DNA from: Archangiaceae bacterium | GTDB taxonomy: Bacteria > Myxococcota > Myxococcia > Myxococcales > Myxococcaceae | NCBI GenBank assembly: GCA_043750125.1 | Contig: JAYVCD010000040.1 | Location: 1 to 18,753 of the forward strand | Reading direction: 5' to 3' | Length of the DNA stretch: 18,753 nt | In this document: positions 8,531-17,632 of the stretch, piece after piece | Numbering within the stretch: the stretch's first letter is position 1 | How the letters are laid out: the number at the start of each line of letters is the position of its first letter | The notes under the pieces: model-generated | The model's input: the letters and a program-made list of their open reading frames with translations, nothing else | Told to the model about the DNA's origin: nothing | Databases searched by the model: none | Made by a program: the position numbers and the translations under genes

Positions 8531-8595
8531 GTCGCAGAGGCAACGGCTTCTTTGTGTTGATTCGATCGGCGGGCCGTTGTCAAACGTCGCCTTCC

Positions 8596-10401
8596 TTGAG
8601 CTCAGCCGAAACGACCTACCTCGAGCGCGTCGCTTCGGCGAAAGAACGGCTCGCCCAGCTCGACGCCCGGGGGGGTCGACTCGCCAACCTGCGCCTGGCG
8701 ACTTTCCTCGCAGCGGCCGGCCTGGCACTGGCGACGATCTTCGGATTTCTGCCGGGGTGGGGTTTCTTGTCCGCGCTCGGGACGATGGGAATCTACGCCG
8801 CCCTCGCGGTGCGCCACGCGAAAGTGATTCGCGAAGAGCGAACGGTGAAGACCCTGCTGCTGCTCAATGAGCGCGGGCTGGCCCGGCTGGCCGGCAAGTG
8901 GCGCGACTTCCCCTCGCAAGGTGAGAAATACCGGGTCGAGGGTCACCTCTACGTGGGCGATCTCGACGTCTTTGGCCATGGCTCGTTGTTTCAACGGCTG
9001 GACGAGACGAGCACCCAGGCCGGCGAGAAGTTGCTCGCGGGCTGGTTGGCAGAGCCTACGAAGAGCGCGAAAGAGATCATCTCGCGGCAGGCCGCGCTCA
9101 AAGAGCTGGCCGGGCTGATCGATTTTCGACAGCGCCTGGTCAGCGAGACCCGACAGGTGGTGGCGCAGAAAGCCGACCCCTCGAAGTTCATTCGCTGGGT
9201 GGAAAACGGGTCGTCGATTTCTTCGCTGAAGTGGGCCTTCGCGCTCGCCCATGTCTTGCCGCTGGTGACGTTTGGCCTGTGGGTCGGGGTGCAGGCGCGG
9301 GTGCTGCTCGACTGGGTTCCCTACGTCGGGCTCGGGCTGCAGATTGCGATCGTGGTGGTGACGTCTCCGAAGCTCGCCGCGATGTACGCACAGCTGGCGA
9401 TGGGTGAGCAGGGGTTCGTTCAGTTCGAGCACACCTTCGAAGCGATCGACGCCCAGCCTTTTTCCGACCCCCTGCTCCGTCAGCTCAAGGCGGGTCTCTC
9501 GACCGGAGGCCCCGCGGTCTCGCAGCGGCTGAAGCGGTTTGAACGGCTGCACGGCTTTGCGTCGCTGCGCTCGGCCAAAGAAGTGCACTGGCTCGTCAAC
9601 GCCCTGCTGCTGTGGGATCTACACTTCCTCTTTCGAATCGAGCGGTGGCGCAGCGAGTTGGGCACCGGGGTTCGGGGGTGGTTCGACTCGCTCTCGCAGC
9701 TCGAAGCACTGTCCTCGATGGCCACCTGGGCCTACGAAAACCCGGGCTGCGCGTGGCCCGAGGTCGACGAGGGGCCGGTGCACTTCGAGGCCAAAGCGCT
9801 GGGCCACCCGCTGCTCGATCACCCCGTCCTCAACGACGTGGTGCTCGAAGGGCCAGGAACGGCGGTGGTGATCACCGGCTCGAACATGTCGGGGAAGACG
9901 ACCCTGATGCGGGCGATGGGGTTGAACACGATCCTCGCACTGGCGGGGATGCCGGTCTGCGCCCGAGCTCTTAAGGTCAGCGTGAGCCAGGTGTTGACCA
10001 GCATGCGGGTCAACGACTCGCTCGAGCGCGGAGTCTCGTACTTCTACGCCGAAGTGCAGCGAATCAAGGCGGTGCTCGACGCGGCGAAGGCCCACCCGGG
10101 CCACACCTTGTTCCTGCTCGATGAGCTGTTGATGGGCACCAACACCCGCGAGCGCCAGATTGCCTCGCGCGAGCTGATGCGCATGCTGCTGTCGACGGGC
10201 GCCTCGGGCGCACTGACCACCCATGATCTGTCGCTGACCGAGCTGGCCAACTACCCCGGAGTCAAGGTCCGCAACGTCCACTTCCGCGATCTCGAGAAAG
10301 ACGGAGAGATGACGTTCGACTACGTGCTTCGCGACGGGGTGGTCCAAACCACCAACGCGCTCGAGGTGCTGCGGCGCGCCGGGGTCGACATTCCGCAGTG
10401 A
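8596..10401 (+). CDS. MutS-like ATPase (domain V) with N-terminal transmembrane segments; not canonical MutS1
   Basis: Walker A ITGSNMSGKTT, SLERGVSYFYAEV, Walker B LFLLDELLMGTN, and TTHDL. Two hydrophobic hairpins lie in the N-terminal half, and no mismatch-binding domain I is evident. The start is uncertain: TTG 8596 was chosen because the track start at 8311 overlaps the divergent gene. Confidence 0.85.
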   Translation: MSSAETTYLERVASAKERLAQLDARGGRLANLRLATFLAAAGLALATIFGFLPGWGFLSALGTMGIYAALAVRHAKVIREERTVKTLLLLNERGLARLAGKWRDFPSQGEKYRVEGHLYVGDLDVFGHGSLFQRLDETSTQAGEKLLAGWLAEPTKSAKEIISRQAALKELAGLIDFRQRLVSETRQVVAQKADPSKFIRWVENGSSISSLKWAFALAHVLPLVTFGLWVGVQARVLLDWVPYVGLGLQIAIVVVTSPKLAAMYAQLAMGEQGFVQFEHTFEAIDAQPFSDPLLRQLKAGLSTGGPAVSQRLKRFERLHGFASLRSAKEVHWLVNALLLWDLHFLFRIERWRSELGTGVRGWFDSLSQLEALSSMATWAYENPGCAWPEVDEGPVHFEAKALGHPLLDHPVLNDVVLEGPGTAVVITGSNMSGKTTLMRAMGLNTILALAGMPVCARALKVSVSQVLTSMRVNDSLERGVSYFYAEVQRIKAVLDAAKAHPGHTLFLLDELLMGTNTRERQIASRELMRMLLSTGASGALTTHDLSLTELANYPGVKVRNVHFRDLEKDGEMTFDYVLRDGVVQTTNALEVLRRAGVDIPQ

Positions 10402-10405
10402 GCCG

Positions 10406-11761
10406 TCAGCTGCTCGGGCGGGGGTTGGGAGGAGTCATCGAGGGCTGCAGCGCCGCCGGGCTGAGCTTGGGTTCGATGCGCACCATCATCACCCGCGGGC
10501 CGTCCATCTTGGCCACGCTGATCCGGTAGTCCTCGAGAACCCAGACATCGCCGACCACCGGAACCCGGCCAAGCTTCGCCATCAGGTAGCCGGCGATGGT
10601 CGTGATTTCCGACTTGTCCACGTCGAACTCGACCTCGAGGGTGTCTTCGAGATCGTCGAGCTGAACGGTGCCCGGAAGCTCGAGTCGACCGCCGGGCAGT
10701 GTTCGCACCGGTTCGACCTTCCGCCCCAACCGGGCAATGTTTCCCACCAGCTCGGCGACCACGTCCGAGATGGTCACCATGCCTGAAGTGCCTCCGTGCT
10801 CGTCGACGACGATCGCCACCTGCTTGTGCCTTCGACGAAACTCGTTGAGCAGCTGATCGAGCGTGACGTTTTCGGGCACGAAGAGCACCGGCCGCTGCAC
10901 CTGGCTCAACGACTTGAGCTCGCCCCGGGTGAGAAGAAACAGCAGGTCTTTGACGTTGAGCAACCCTTCGATCTGATCGAGCCCGCCGCGAACGACCGGC
11001 AGCCAGGTGTGCCCTGCGCTGCGGGCGGCCTGGAGGTTGTCTTCGAGCGAGGCCTCGAGATCGAGGTACTTCATCTGGGTGCGCGGGACGAGCACCTGGC
11101 GGGCGGTCTTTTCCATCATCGACAGCGCGCGCTCGAGCAGCTGGGCGCGTGAGCTGTCGATCGCTCCGGCCTGGGCCGAGTTGGCGAAGATCAGCCGCAG
11201 CTCGTCTTCATGCAGCACCTCTTTCTCTTCGGCCCCCTGCTTCAGCCCGAGCAGGCGCAGCGCCATGCGGGTTCCGAAGTTGAGGACCCAGATCACCGGG
11301 AAGGCGACGAAATAGAAGACCCGCATCGGCCAGGCGAGGGCGACGGCCGTCCGTTCGGCGTTCCGAATCGCGATCGTCTTTGGCACCTGCTCGCCCACCA
11401 CGATGTGCAGAAACGTGATGATCCCGAACGTCAGCACCAGCGAGATGGTCTTCGCGATCGCGTGCGCGCCTTCGGTGTCGGGGCTCAGCTTGTCCAGGCC
11501 CCCTTCGATCAGGCGACCAAAAGCGGGCTCGCCCACCCAGCCGAGCGCGAGCGACGCGAGGGTGATTCCCACCTGGCAGGCGGACAGCCAAGCATCGAGG
11601 CGATTGCGCATCACCAACGCGTGGGTCGCGCCCGGGCGGCCCTGTTCCACCAGCGCCTCGAGCTGGGTCGGGCGCACCTTCACCAACGAGAACTCGACCG
11701 CCACGAAGAAGGCGTTGAGCAACACGAGGACCAGCGCGAGACCTAGGGCGGCGAATTGCAC
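10406..11761 (-). CDS. Hemolysin-family / CNNM (DUF21-CBS-CBS-CorC_HlyC) membrane protein, probable Mg2+/Co2+ transport
   Basis: LLNAFFVAVEFSLVKVR, QVGITLASLALGWVGEP, HIVVGEQVPKTIA, CBS pair ending in AIVVDEHGGTSGMVT, and C-terminal TTIAGYL. Confidence 0.92.
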   Translation of the reverse strand: MQFAALGLALVLVLLNAFFVAVEFSLVKVRPTQLEALVEQGRPGATHALVMRNRLDAWLSACQVGITLASLALGWVGEPAFGRLIEGGLDKLSPDTEGAHAIAKTISLVLTFGIITFLHIVVGEQVPKTIAIRNAERTAVALAWPMRVFYFVAFPVIWVLNFGTRMALRLLGLKQGAEEKEVLHEDELRLIFANSAQAGAIDSSRAQLLERALSMMEKTARQVLVPRTQMKYLDLEASLEDNLQAARSAGHTWLPVVRGGLDQIEGLLNVKDLLFLLTRGELKSLSQVQRPVLFVPENVTLDQLLNEFRRRHKQVAIVVDEHGGTSGMVTISDVVAELVGNIARLGRKVEPVRTLPGGRLELPGTVQLDDLEDTLEVEFDVDKSEITTIAGYLMAKLGRVPVVGDVWVLEDYRISVAKMDGPRVMMVRIEPKLSPAALQPSMTPPNPRPSS

Positions 11762-11773
11762 GTGGAGGAGCGC

Positions 11774-12589
11774 CTAGAAAAGCGCGTCGAACTCTGGGTC
11801 TGCTTTCAGCGAATCGAACATCGGGTCGGCGGCAAGCCAGCCCTGGACCTTGGCCTTGTCGATCACCACCGCGCGCTTGAGTTGATCCAGGGCCTCGCGG
11901 GGGCGGCCCCAGAGCGCGTAGAGCGCGCCCACGTTGTAGGTGAGCAGCAGATCGTCGGGGCTCAGCGCCTTCGCATTTTCGTAGGCCCGCTCGGCTTCGG
12001 CGTAGAAGCCCTTCTGCGCGTAGCAGATGCCCAGATCGAGGTTGGCTTCGAAGTTGTCGGGCTCGAGGCGAACGACTTCCTTCAGCTGGGCAATCGCCGA
12101 CCGGTAGTCGCCTTCGTCCATCTGCAGCGCGGCCAGCTCGTGGCGGGGGAAGGCGTCGGCCGGGTCGAGCTCGATCGCAGTGCCGAGCTCTTTGACCGCC
12201 TCGTCCACCCGCCCCACGTCGGCCCAGGTGAGACCCAGGTTCAGGTGGGCATCGGGGTACTCGGGGTCGAGTTCGATCGCTTCCTTGTATTCGGCGATCG
12301 CGAACTCGGTGCCGTGGGTCGAGAGGAAGCAGGCGAGGTTGTAGTGGGCGGTCGCGCTGTCGGGCTCGAGCTTGAGCGCGGTCAGGTATTCGGCGAGCGC
12401 TTCCCGGTACAGCTTCTTCTCGGCGTAGACGGTCGCGAGGTTGTCGTGCGCATGGGCCGAGTTGGGGTCGAGATCGATCGCCTTCTTGAATTCTTTGACC
12501 GCCTCGTCGAGCCAGCCGCGATCGGCCAGCTCGATTCCGCGCGAGTTGTGCTCGTCGGATGCTGCGATGCTGTCTTTTTCCCGCGCCAT
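11774..12589 (-). CDS. Tetratricopeptide repeat protein
   Basis: About six to seven 34-aa units (AIDLDPNSAHAHDNLA, ALKLEPDSATAHYNLA, AIELDPEYPDAHLNLG, etc.). AAGGAG lies upstream of the ATG. It ends 12 nt before the CNNM gene, suggesting an operon. Confidence 0.92.
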   Translation of the reverse strand: MAREKDSIAASDEHNSRGIELADRGWLDEAVKEFKKAIDLDPNSAHAHDNLATVYAEKKLYREALAEYLTALKLEPDSATAHYNLACFLSTHGTEFAIAEYKEAIELDPEYPDAHLNLGLTWADVGRVDEAVKELGTAIELDPADAFPRHELAALQMDEGDYRSAIAQLKEVVRLEPDNFEANLDLGICYAQKGFYAEAERAYENAKALSPDDLLLTYNVGALYALWGRPREALDQLKRAVVIDKAKVQGWLAADPMFDSLKADPEFDALF

Positions 12590-12656
12590 TTCTTCTCGGT
12601 CACTCCTTCAAGGGCAACGGTGCGAATTAGCAGATTGGGCGGATAGAGTCCTTTTC

Positions 12657-13709
12657 ATGTGGTCGCTTCTGGTTGCTGCCCCGGTGGTCTCGATTCTCTT
12701 CGCGGGCGACGTGACGCTCGGCTTTCACTACGAGGAATACGTCGATCAGCAGGTGAAGAAGGGAAAGAGCCAGGACGAGATGGTCGCCTGGGGCTTTGCG
12801 AAGGTGGTGGGGCTGGCGGAAAAGGCCGACGTTTTCGTCGTAAACCTCGAGTGCCCGTTCACCGCCCAGGGCGAGAAGATCCCCAAGAATTTCAATTTCC
12901 GCGCCCGCCCAGAGCTGGTCGCTGCGCTGCAGTCGGGCAGCGTCGACGTGGTGAGCCTCGCGAACAACCACCTGCTGGACTACGGGCCGGGAGGGCTGAC
13001 CGACACTTTGCAGACACTGACCGCCGCGCGGATCGTGCACTTCGGCGCGGGACCGACGCTTGCCGCCGCGCGGGCCCCGGCGATCGTGACGGTGAAGGGG
13101 GTGAAGATCGCCTTCCTCGGCTATTTCTTTCTCGGCGATAGGAACATCGAGCCGGAAGAAGTGATCGCCACCGAATCGACCCCGGGCGTCGCCGGCCACC
13201 ACTGGGACCTCGCGACGCTGCGCGGCTGGGTCATCGAAGATGTGAAGGCCGCGCGCAGCCAGGCCGACCTGGTCATTCCGTTCTTTCACTGGGGCCGCGA
13301 AGGGCGTTCGTTGCCCGAGCCGTACCAGGTGGATCTGGCCCACGCGGCGATCGACACCGGGGCGGCAGCGGTGGTCGGCAGTCACCCCCACGTGCTGCAG
13401 GGAATCGAGCTCTACCAGGGCCGACCCATTCTCTACTCGCTCGGCAACTTCGTCTTCGGCGGAAATTGGGACCCGAAAGACAAGCGCACCGCGATGGTCC
13501 GAATGGATCTCGATGCGCGGGGCGTTCGCAAGACGACCGTGATTCCCGCTTTCTCGGACAAGTTCCCCGAAGTCCCCCTTCAGCCCTACCCTGCCGAGGG
13601 CGACGCCGCCGAAGCGGTGCTCGATCACCTCGCGGAAATATCCAGAAGCTTCAAGGCCACCGTGCCCCAACTGGCGGGACGCAGGCTGTCTTCAGACGCA
13701 GGTCCGTGA
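12657..13709 (+). CDS. CapA (PGA_cap) family metallophosphoesterase
   Basis: Motifs FAGDV, VNLECP, SLANNHLLDYG, FHWGRE, VVGSHPHVLQGIE and YSLGNFVF. Start reassigned to ATG 12657 because the track start overlaps the divergent TPR gene. Confidence 0.9.
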   Translation: MWSLLVAAPVVSILFAGDVTLGFHYEEYVDQQVKKGKSQDEMVAWGFAKVVGLAEKADVFVVNLECPFTAQGEKIPKNFNFRARPELVAALQSGSVDVVSLANNHLLDYGPGGLTDTLQTLTAARIVHFGAGPTLAAARAPAIVTVKGVKIAFLGYFFLGDRNIEPEEVIATESTPGVAGHHWDLATLRGWVIEDVKAARSQADLVIPFFHWGREGRSLPEPYQVDLAHAAIDTGAAAVVGSHPHVLQGIELYQGRPILYSLGNFVFGGNWDPKDKRTAMVRMDLDARGVRKTTVIPAFSDKFPEVPLQPYPAEGDAAEAVLDHLAEISRSFKATVPQLAGRRLSSDAGP

Positions 13710-13772
13710 GCCCGGGGGCGACTCGTCGCGGGCTGTTCAACCTCTTCCTCGGTGCGGCGACAGCGGCGAAGC

Positions 13773-13892
13773 TCAGTACTTGCCCTTCGCCTTGCGCGCA
13801 CGCACGCGGCGGCGCTTGAGGACGGAGTGCTTCACCTTGGCTCGGTTCTTCAGCTTCTTCTTGCTGCGGTTGCTCTTTACGGCGCGGGCCAT
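13773..13892 (-). CDS. Small, very basic protein (39 aa): MARAVKSNRSKKKLKNRAKVKHSVLKRRRVRARKAKGKY
   Basis: ATG at 13892, TGA at 13775-13773, and AAGGA about 8 nt upstream. All 11 Lys codons are AAG and third positions are GC-biased. It fills the gap between capA and prfA and is below the ORF-track length cutoff. Confidence 0.75.
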   Translation of the reverse strand: MARAVKSNRSKKKLKNRAKVKHSVLKRRRVRARKAKGKY

Positions 13893-13941
13893 TGTGTTGG
13901 TTCCTTGCTAGGTGGACCCTCGTCGAATACACGCCCCGGTC

Positions 13942-15018
13942 GTGATCGACAAGCTGGAAGAAGTCGAGCGCAGGTTCGATCGACTGACCGCAGAAATGAG
14001 CAACCCCACGGTGTACGCCGATTCGGCGCGCTACCAGAAGGTCGCACGCGAACGTTCAGCGATCGAAAAGCTCGTCGAGGCGTACCGGGTGTGGAAGAAA
14101 ATCGGAGAGGAGCTCAAGGGCAACGAAGAGCTGCTCAACGGCAACGACCCCGACCTGCGCCAGATGGCGAAGGACGAGCTGCCCGTGCTTCGCGCGAAGA
14201 AGAGCCAGCTCGAAGAAGAGCTCAAGGTGCTGCTGATCCCCAAGGATCCGAACGACGAGAAGAACGTGATCGTCGAAATCCGGGGCGGCGCCGGAGGAGA
14301 CGAGGCGGCGCTCTTCGCCGAAGAAGTGATGGGCATGTACCTGCGCTACGCGGCGCGAAAGGGGTGGACAGCCGACGTGCTCGACCTATCGGCCGGGAAC
14401 CAGGGCGGAGTGAAAGACGCGACCCTCACCCTGGCCGGCAAGGCGGTCTACTCGTCGATGAAGTACGAGTCGGGCGTTCACCGGGTGCAGCGGGTCCCGG
14501 CCACCGAAACCCAGGGCCGCATTCACACCTCGACGATTACGGTCGCGGTGATGCCCGAGGCCGAAGAAGTCGACATTCAGGTCAACCCCGCCGACATCGA
14601 GATGGCGGTGATGCGATCGACCGGAGCGGGCGGCCAGAGCGTCAACACCACCAACTCGGCCGTCGTGCTGACCCACAAGCCCAGCGGCATCGTCGTCAAG
14701 TGCCAGCAGGAAAAGAGCCAGCTGAAGAACCGGGTGATGGCGATGCGCGTGCTGCGGGCTCGCCTGTACGAAGCCGAGCAGGAAAGAATCCGCGGGGAGC
14801 GCGACACGCTGCGCAAGGGCCACGTCGGCACCGGCGATCGCAGCGAGAAGATTCGCACCTACAATTTTCCTCAAGATCGTCTGACCGATCACCGCATCGG
14901 GCTGACCCGCCACAACCTGCCCGCGGTGATGGGCGGCGATCTGGACGACGTGATCCACGCGTGCCGCACCTACTTTCAGGCCGAGGCGCTCAAAGCCGAG
15001 CAGGGCAAGCCGAATTGA
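13942..15018 (+). CDS. prfA: Peptide chain release factor 1
   Basis: GAGGQSVN (GGQ), RVQRVPATE (PxT motif of RF1), [14 protein letters not shown] and [15 protein letters not shown]. Start GTG 13942 gives [12 protein letters not shown]. Confidence 0.97.
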   Translation: MIDKLEEVERRFDRLTAEMSNPTVYADSARYQKVARERSAIEKLVEAYRVWKKIGEELKGNEELLNGNDPDLRQMAKDELPVLRAKKSQLEEELKVLLIPKDPNDEKNVIVEIRGGAGGDEAALFAEEVMGMYLRYAARKGWTADVLDLSAGNQGGVKDATLTLAGKAVYSSMKYESGVHRVQRVPATETQGRIHTSTITVAVMPEAEEVDIQVNPADIEMAVMRSTGAGGQSVNTTNSAVVLTHKPSGIVVKCQQEKSQLKNRVMAMRVLRARLYEAEQERIRGERDTLRKGHVGTGDRSEKIRTYNFPQDRLTDHRIGLTRHNLPAVMGGDLDDVIHACRTYFQAEALKAEQGKPN

Positions 15019-15887
15019 CCGAAGAGACCTGGACGATTCGCAAGGTCCTCGGCTGGACCACCGGGCGCTTCGAGAAGGCAGACATCGATGCGCCGCGGTT
15101 GACGGCCGAAATTCTTCTTGCCCACACGCTGAAGGTCGATCGGATCAAGCTGTTCATGGAGCTCGACCGACCGCTGCAGAAAGACGAGCTCTCGGAATTC
15201 AAAGCGTTGATCCAGCGGCGAATGCAGTTCGAGCCGACCCAGTACCTGACCGGCTTCAAGGACTTCTACAACCGCCGCTTCAGCGTGGATCCCCGGGTCC
15301 TCATCCCCCGGCCCGAAACCGAACTGCTGGTCGAAGGCGTGCTGCAGCTGCTGCCGAAGGATGCTCCGTCGCGGGTCCTGGACCTATGCACCGGGTCCGG
15401 GTGCATCGGAATCACGATCGCCGCCGAACGGCCCCAGGCCTCGGTGTGGGTGACCGACCTATCGAAGGGCGCCTGCGAAGTCGCCGCGGCGAACGCAGAA
15501 AAGCACCAGGTCGCAAGCCGGGTGTCCGTACTTCAGGGCGATTTGTTCGCCGCGCTTCCCGCCGGAGTGCGCTTCGATCTGGTGGTGAGCAACCCTCCCT
15601 ACATCAAGCGCGCGGACCTTCCGGGCCTGCAAAAAGAAGTGCGCCAGGAACCGACCCAGGCGCTCGATGGGGGAACCGACGGCCTCGCTTTCGCCCGGGC
15701 CATTGCCGAGGGAGCCCACGCGGCGCTGAAGCCTGGGGGCTGGCTTGCACTGGAGATTGGAGATGAACAAGGTGAAGCGGTGAGGCAGGTCTTGACGCGG
15801 TCGGGGTACCACGCGGTGCGGGTGGACAAGGATCTCTCGCGGCTCGATCGCCTCGCTTTTGCGCAGGAGTCTGCCTCTCATGGATGA
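15015..15887 (+). CDS. prmC: Release factor glutamine N5-methyltransferase
   Basis: [26 protein letters not shown] and ALDGGTDGL. The TTG start at 15015 overlaps the prfA stop (TTGA). Confidence 0.95.
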   Translation: MTEETWTIRKVLGWTTGRFEKADIDAPRLTAEILLAHTLKVDRIKLFMELDRPLQKDELSEFKALIQRRMQFEPTQYLTGFKDFYNRRFSVDPRVLIPRPETELLVEGVLQLLPKDAPSRVLDLCTGSGCIGITIAAERPQASVWVTDLSKGACEVAAANAEKHQVASRVSVLQGDLFAALPAGVRFDLVVSNPPYIKRADLPGLQKEVRQEPTQALDGGTDGLAFARAIAEGAHAALKPGGWLALEIGDEQGEAVRQVLTRSGYHAVRVDKDLSRLDRLAFAQESASHG

Positions 15888-17145
15888 GATTCAAATCACC
15901 GGCAGCGGGCCCCTGAAGGGCTCGACCTTCGCCTCGGGCGCCAAGAACGCCGCGCTGCCCATTCTGGCCTCGTCCCTGCTCGCCGAGGGCCGTCACACCT
16001 ACCGCAATGTCCCGGGCCTGGCCGACGTAGCCACGATGCTCAAGGTCCTGCGCATGATGGGCTGCGAGGCCGAGCGGCTGACCGGCGATCAGCACTACGT
16101 CTGCGAGGTCGCCGTCGGGCCCAACGTGATTCCCGAGGCGCCCTACGACCTGGTGAAGACGATGCGCGCATCGGTGCTGGTGCTCGGGCCGCTGGTGGCG
16201 CGCTGGGGCCGGGCTCGGGTGTCGATGCCGGGCGGCTGCGCGATCGGCGCCCGTCCGATCGACCAGCACCTCAAGGGCCTGCAGGCGCTGGGGGCCGAGA
16301 TCGAGCTGACCGAAGGGTACGTCGAGGCGCGGGCCAAACGGCTCAAAGGCGGCACCATCACCTTTGACCTGATCACCGTCACCGGGACCGAGAACGTGAT
16401 GATGGCGGCCACGTTGGCCCGGGGCCGGACGGTGATCGAAAATGCAGCCCGCGAGCCCGAGGTCGAAGAGCTGGCGCGGGTGCTCAACAAGATGGGCGCC
16501 CAGGTCACCGGGGCCGGCAGCGACATCATCACCATCGACGGGGTCGACACCCTCAAGCCCGTCGACCACGCGATCATTCCAGACCGAATCGAGGCCGGAA
16601 CGCTGCTGGTGGCCGCGGCGATCACCGGCGGTGACGTGTTGGTAAGAGAGGCGGTGCCTGAGCACCTGGAACAGGTGATCGCCCGGCTGCGAGAGGCCGG
16701 CTGCAAGGTGACTTGTGAGTCGGAAGGGATTCGCTGCGTCGGCCCTTCGCGGGTGGACGCGGTCGACATCAAGACCCAGGAGCACCCCGGCTTTCCCACC
16801 GACATGCAGGCCCAGCTGATGGCGCTTTTATCCACCGCCAACGGCACCTCGGTCATCACCGAGAACATCTTCGAGAACCGCTTCATGCACGTCGCCGAGC
16901 TCGCCCGCCTGGGCGCCGACATTCAGGTCCAGGGATCCAAAGCGGTGGTGCGGGGGCGCGAGAGCCTCAGTGGAGCTCCGGTGATGGCGACAGATTTGCG
17001 CGCCTCGGCCTGCCTGGTGCTCGCGGGCCTCAAGGCCGAAGGCAAGACCACGGTCAGCCGCGTCTACCATCTGGACCGCGGCTACGAGCGGCTGGAAGAA
17101 AAACTGCGTGGACTTGGAGCGAACATTCGGCGAGTCAAGGCCTGA
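15880..17145 (+). CDS. murA: UDP-N-acetylglucosamine 1-carboxyvinyltransferase
   Basis: [30 protein letters not shown] (active-site Cys), [10 protein letters not shown] and HLDRGYE. AGGAG precedes ATG 15880, which overlaps the end of prmC by 8 nt. Confidence 0.97.
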   Translation: MDEIQITGSGPLKGSTFASGAKNAALPILASSLLAEGRHTYRNVPGLADVATMLKVLRMMGCEAERLTGDQHYVCEVAVGPNVIPEAPYDLVKTMRASVLVLGPLVARWGRARVSMPGGCAIGARPIDQHLKGLQALGAEIELTEGYVEARAKRLKGGTITFDLITVTGTENVMMAATLARGRTVIENAAREPEVEELARVLNKMGAQVTGAGSDIITIDGVDTLKPVDHAIIPDRIEAGTLLVAAAITGGDVLVREAVPEHLEQVIARLREAGCKVTCESEGIRCVGPSRVDAVDIKTQEHPGFPTDMQAQLMALLSTANGTSVITENIFENRFMHVAELARLGADIQVQGSKAVVRGRESLSGAPVMATDLRASACLVLAGLKAEGKTTVSRVYHLDRGYERLEEKLRGLGANIRRVKA

Positions 17146-17174
17146 CGCATTAGCTAGAGAGAGCAAATGGGAGG

Positions 17175-17204
17175 TTGCAGTTCACTTTCCCGCAGCCGTA
17201 GCAT
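17175..17204 (+). promoter_or_regulatory. Putative sigma70 promoter (TTGCAG-18 nt-TAGCAT) for the zinc-ribbon gene
   Basis: Hexamers at 17175-17180 and 17199-17204 lie in the relatively AT-rich murA-downstream spacer, followed by an AGGAG RBS. Confidence 0.45.
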
Positions 17205-17240
17205 TTCGATTCACCCCTAACAGGAGCAGGAAAGAAAACC

Positions 17241-17630
17241 ATGGATTGCCCGAGCTGCGACGTCGAGATGGTTGAGCTCGTAGGAGACGACCATCCACTT
17301 CGTAAGTGCGGAGAATGCGGTGGACTGTGGATGGACGTCTCCGATTTGAACCGCGTATTGCTTCACAATAATTCCGTGGGGCTCGAGAGCCTGGGCGGAA
17401 AAGTAAATCCTGAGGCGGACAGCGGCCAGTGCCGCGACTGCCTCGTCGATCTGGTCCGGGTGGAAGGCGGCGAGCGCAACCACCCCCTGGGCTACGACAC
17501 CTGCGAGTCCTGTGGCGGGGTCTTCCTCGAGTCCGAGTTCAAAGACACCAAAGACTTCAAGCAGGCCCAGCAGGAAATCGTGGCCTTCTTCAAGTTGTTC
17601 TCCAACACCAAGAAGAAGAAGGCGATCTAA
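17241..17630 (+). CDS. Protein with two TFIIB-type zinc ribbons (zf-TFIIB-like)
   Basis: CPSC...CGECGGLWMD and CRDC...CESCGGVFLE, with an AGGAG/AGGA RBS. Confidence 0.85.
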   Translation: MDCPSCDVEMVELVGDDHPLRKCGECGGLWMDVSDLNRVLLHNNSVGLESLGGKVNPEADSGQCRDCLVDLVRVEGGERNHPLGYDTCESCGGVFLESEFKDTKDFKQAQQEIVAFFKLFSNTKKKKAI

Positions 17631-17632
17631 GC

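Noticed and set aside
1603-8543. Identical 1134-aa lengths of the two paralogs in the ORF track, or a possible assembly duplication
   Set aside because: The equal length comes from over-extended TTG starts; the likely lengths are 1106 and 1110 aa. Many substitutions and indels show they are real paralogs.
13752-15014. Apparent 420-aa N-terminal extension of PrmC (711-aa ORF), suggesting a fusion or frameshift
   Set aside because: It is an Arg/Gly-rich off-frame reading of prfA. PrmC similarity starts at TTG 15015 with a normal TTGA overlap.
16225-16257. Possible fosfomycin-resistant MurA
   Set aside because: The active-site loop [10 protein letters not shown] keeps the Cys rather than the Asp found in resistant enzymes.
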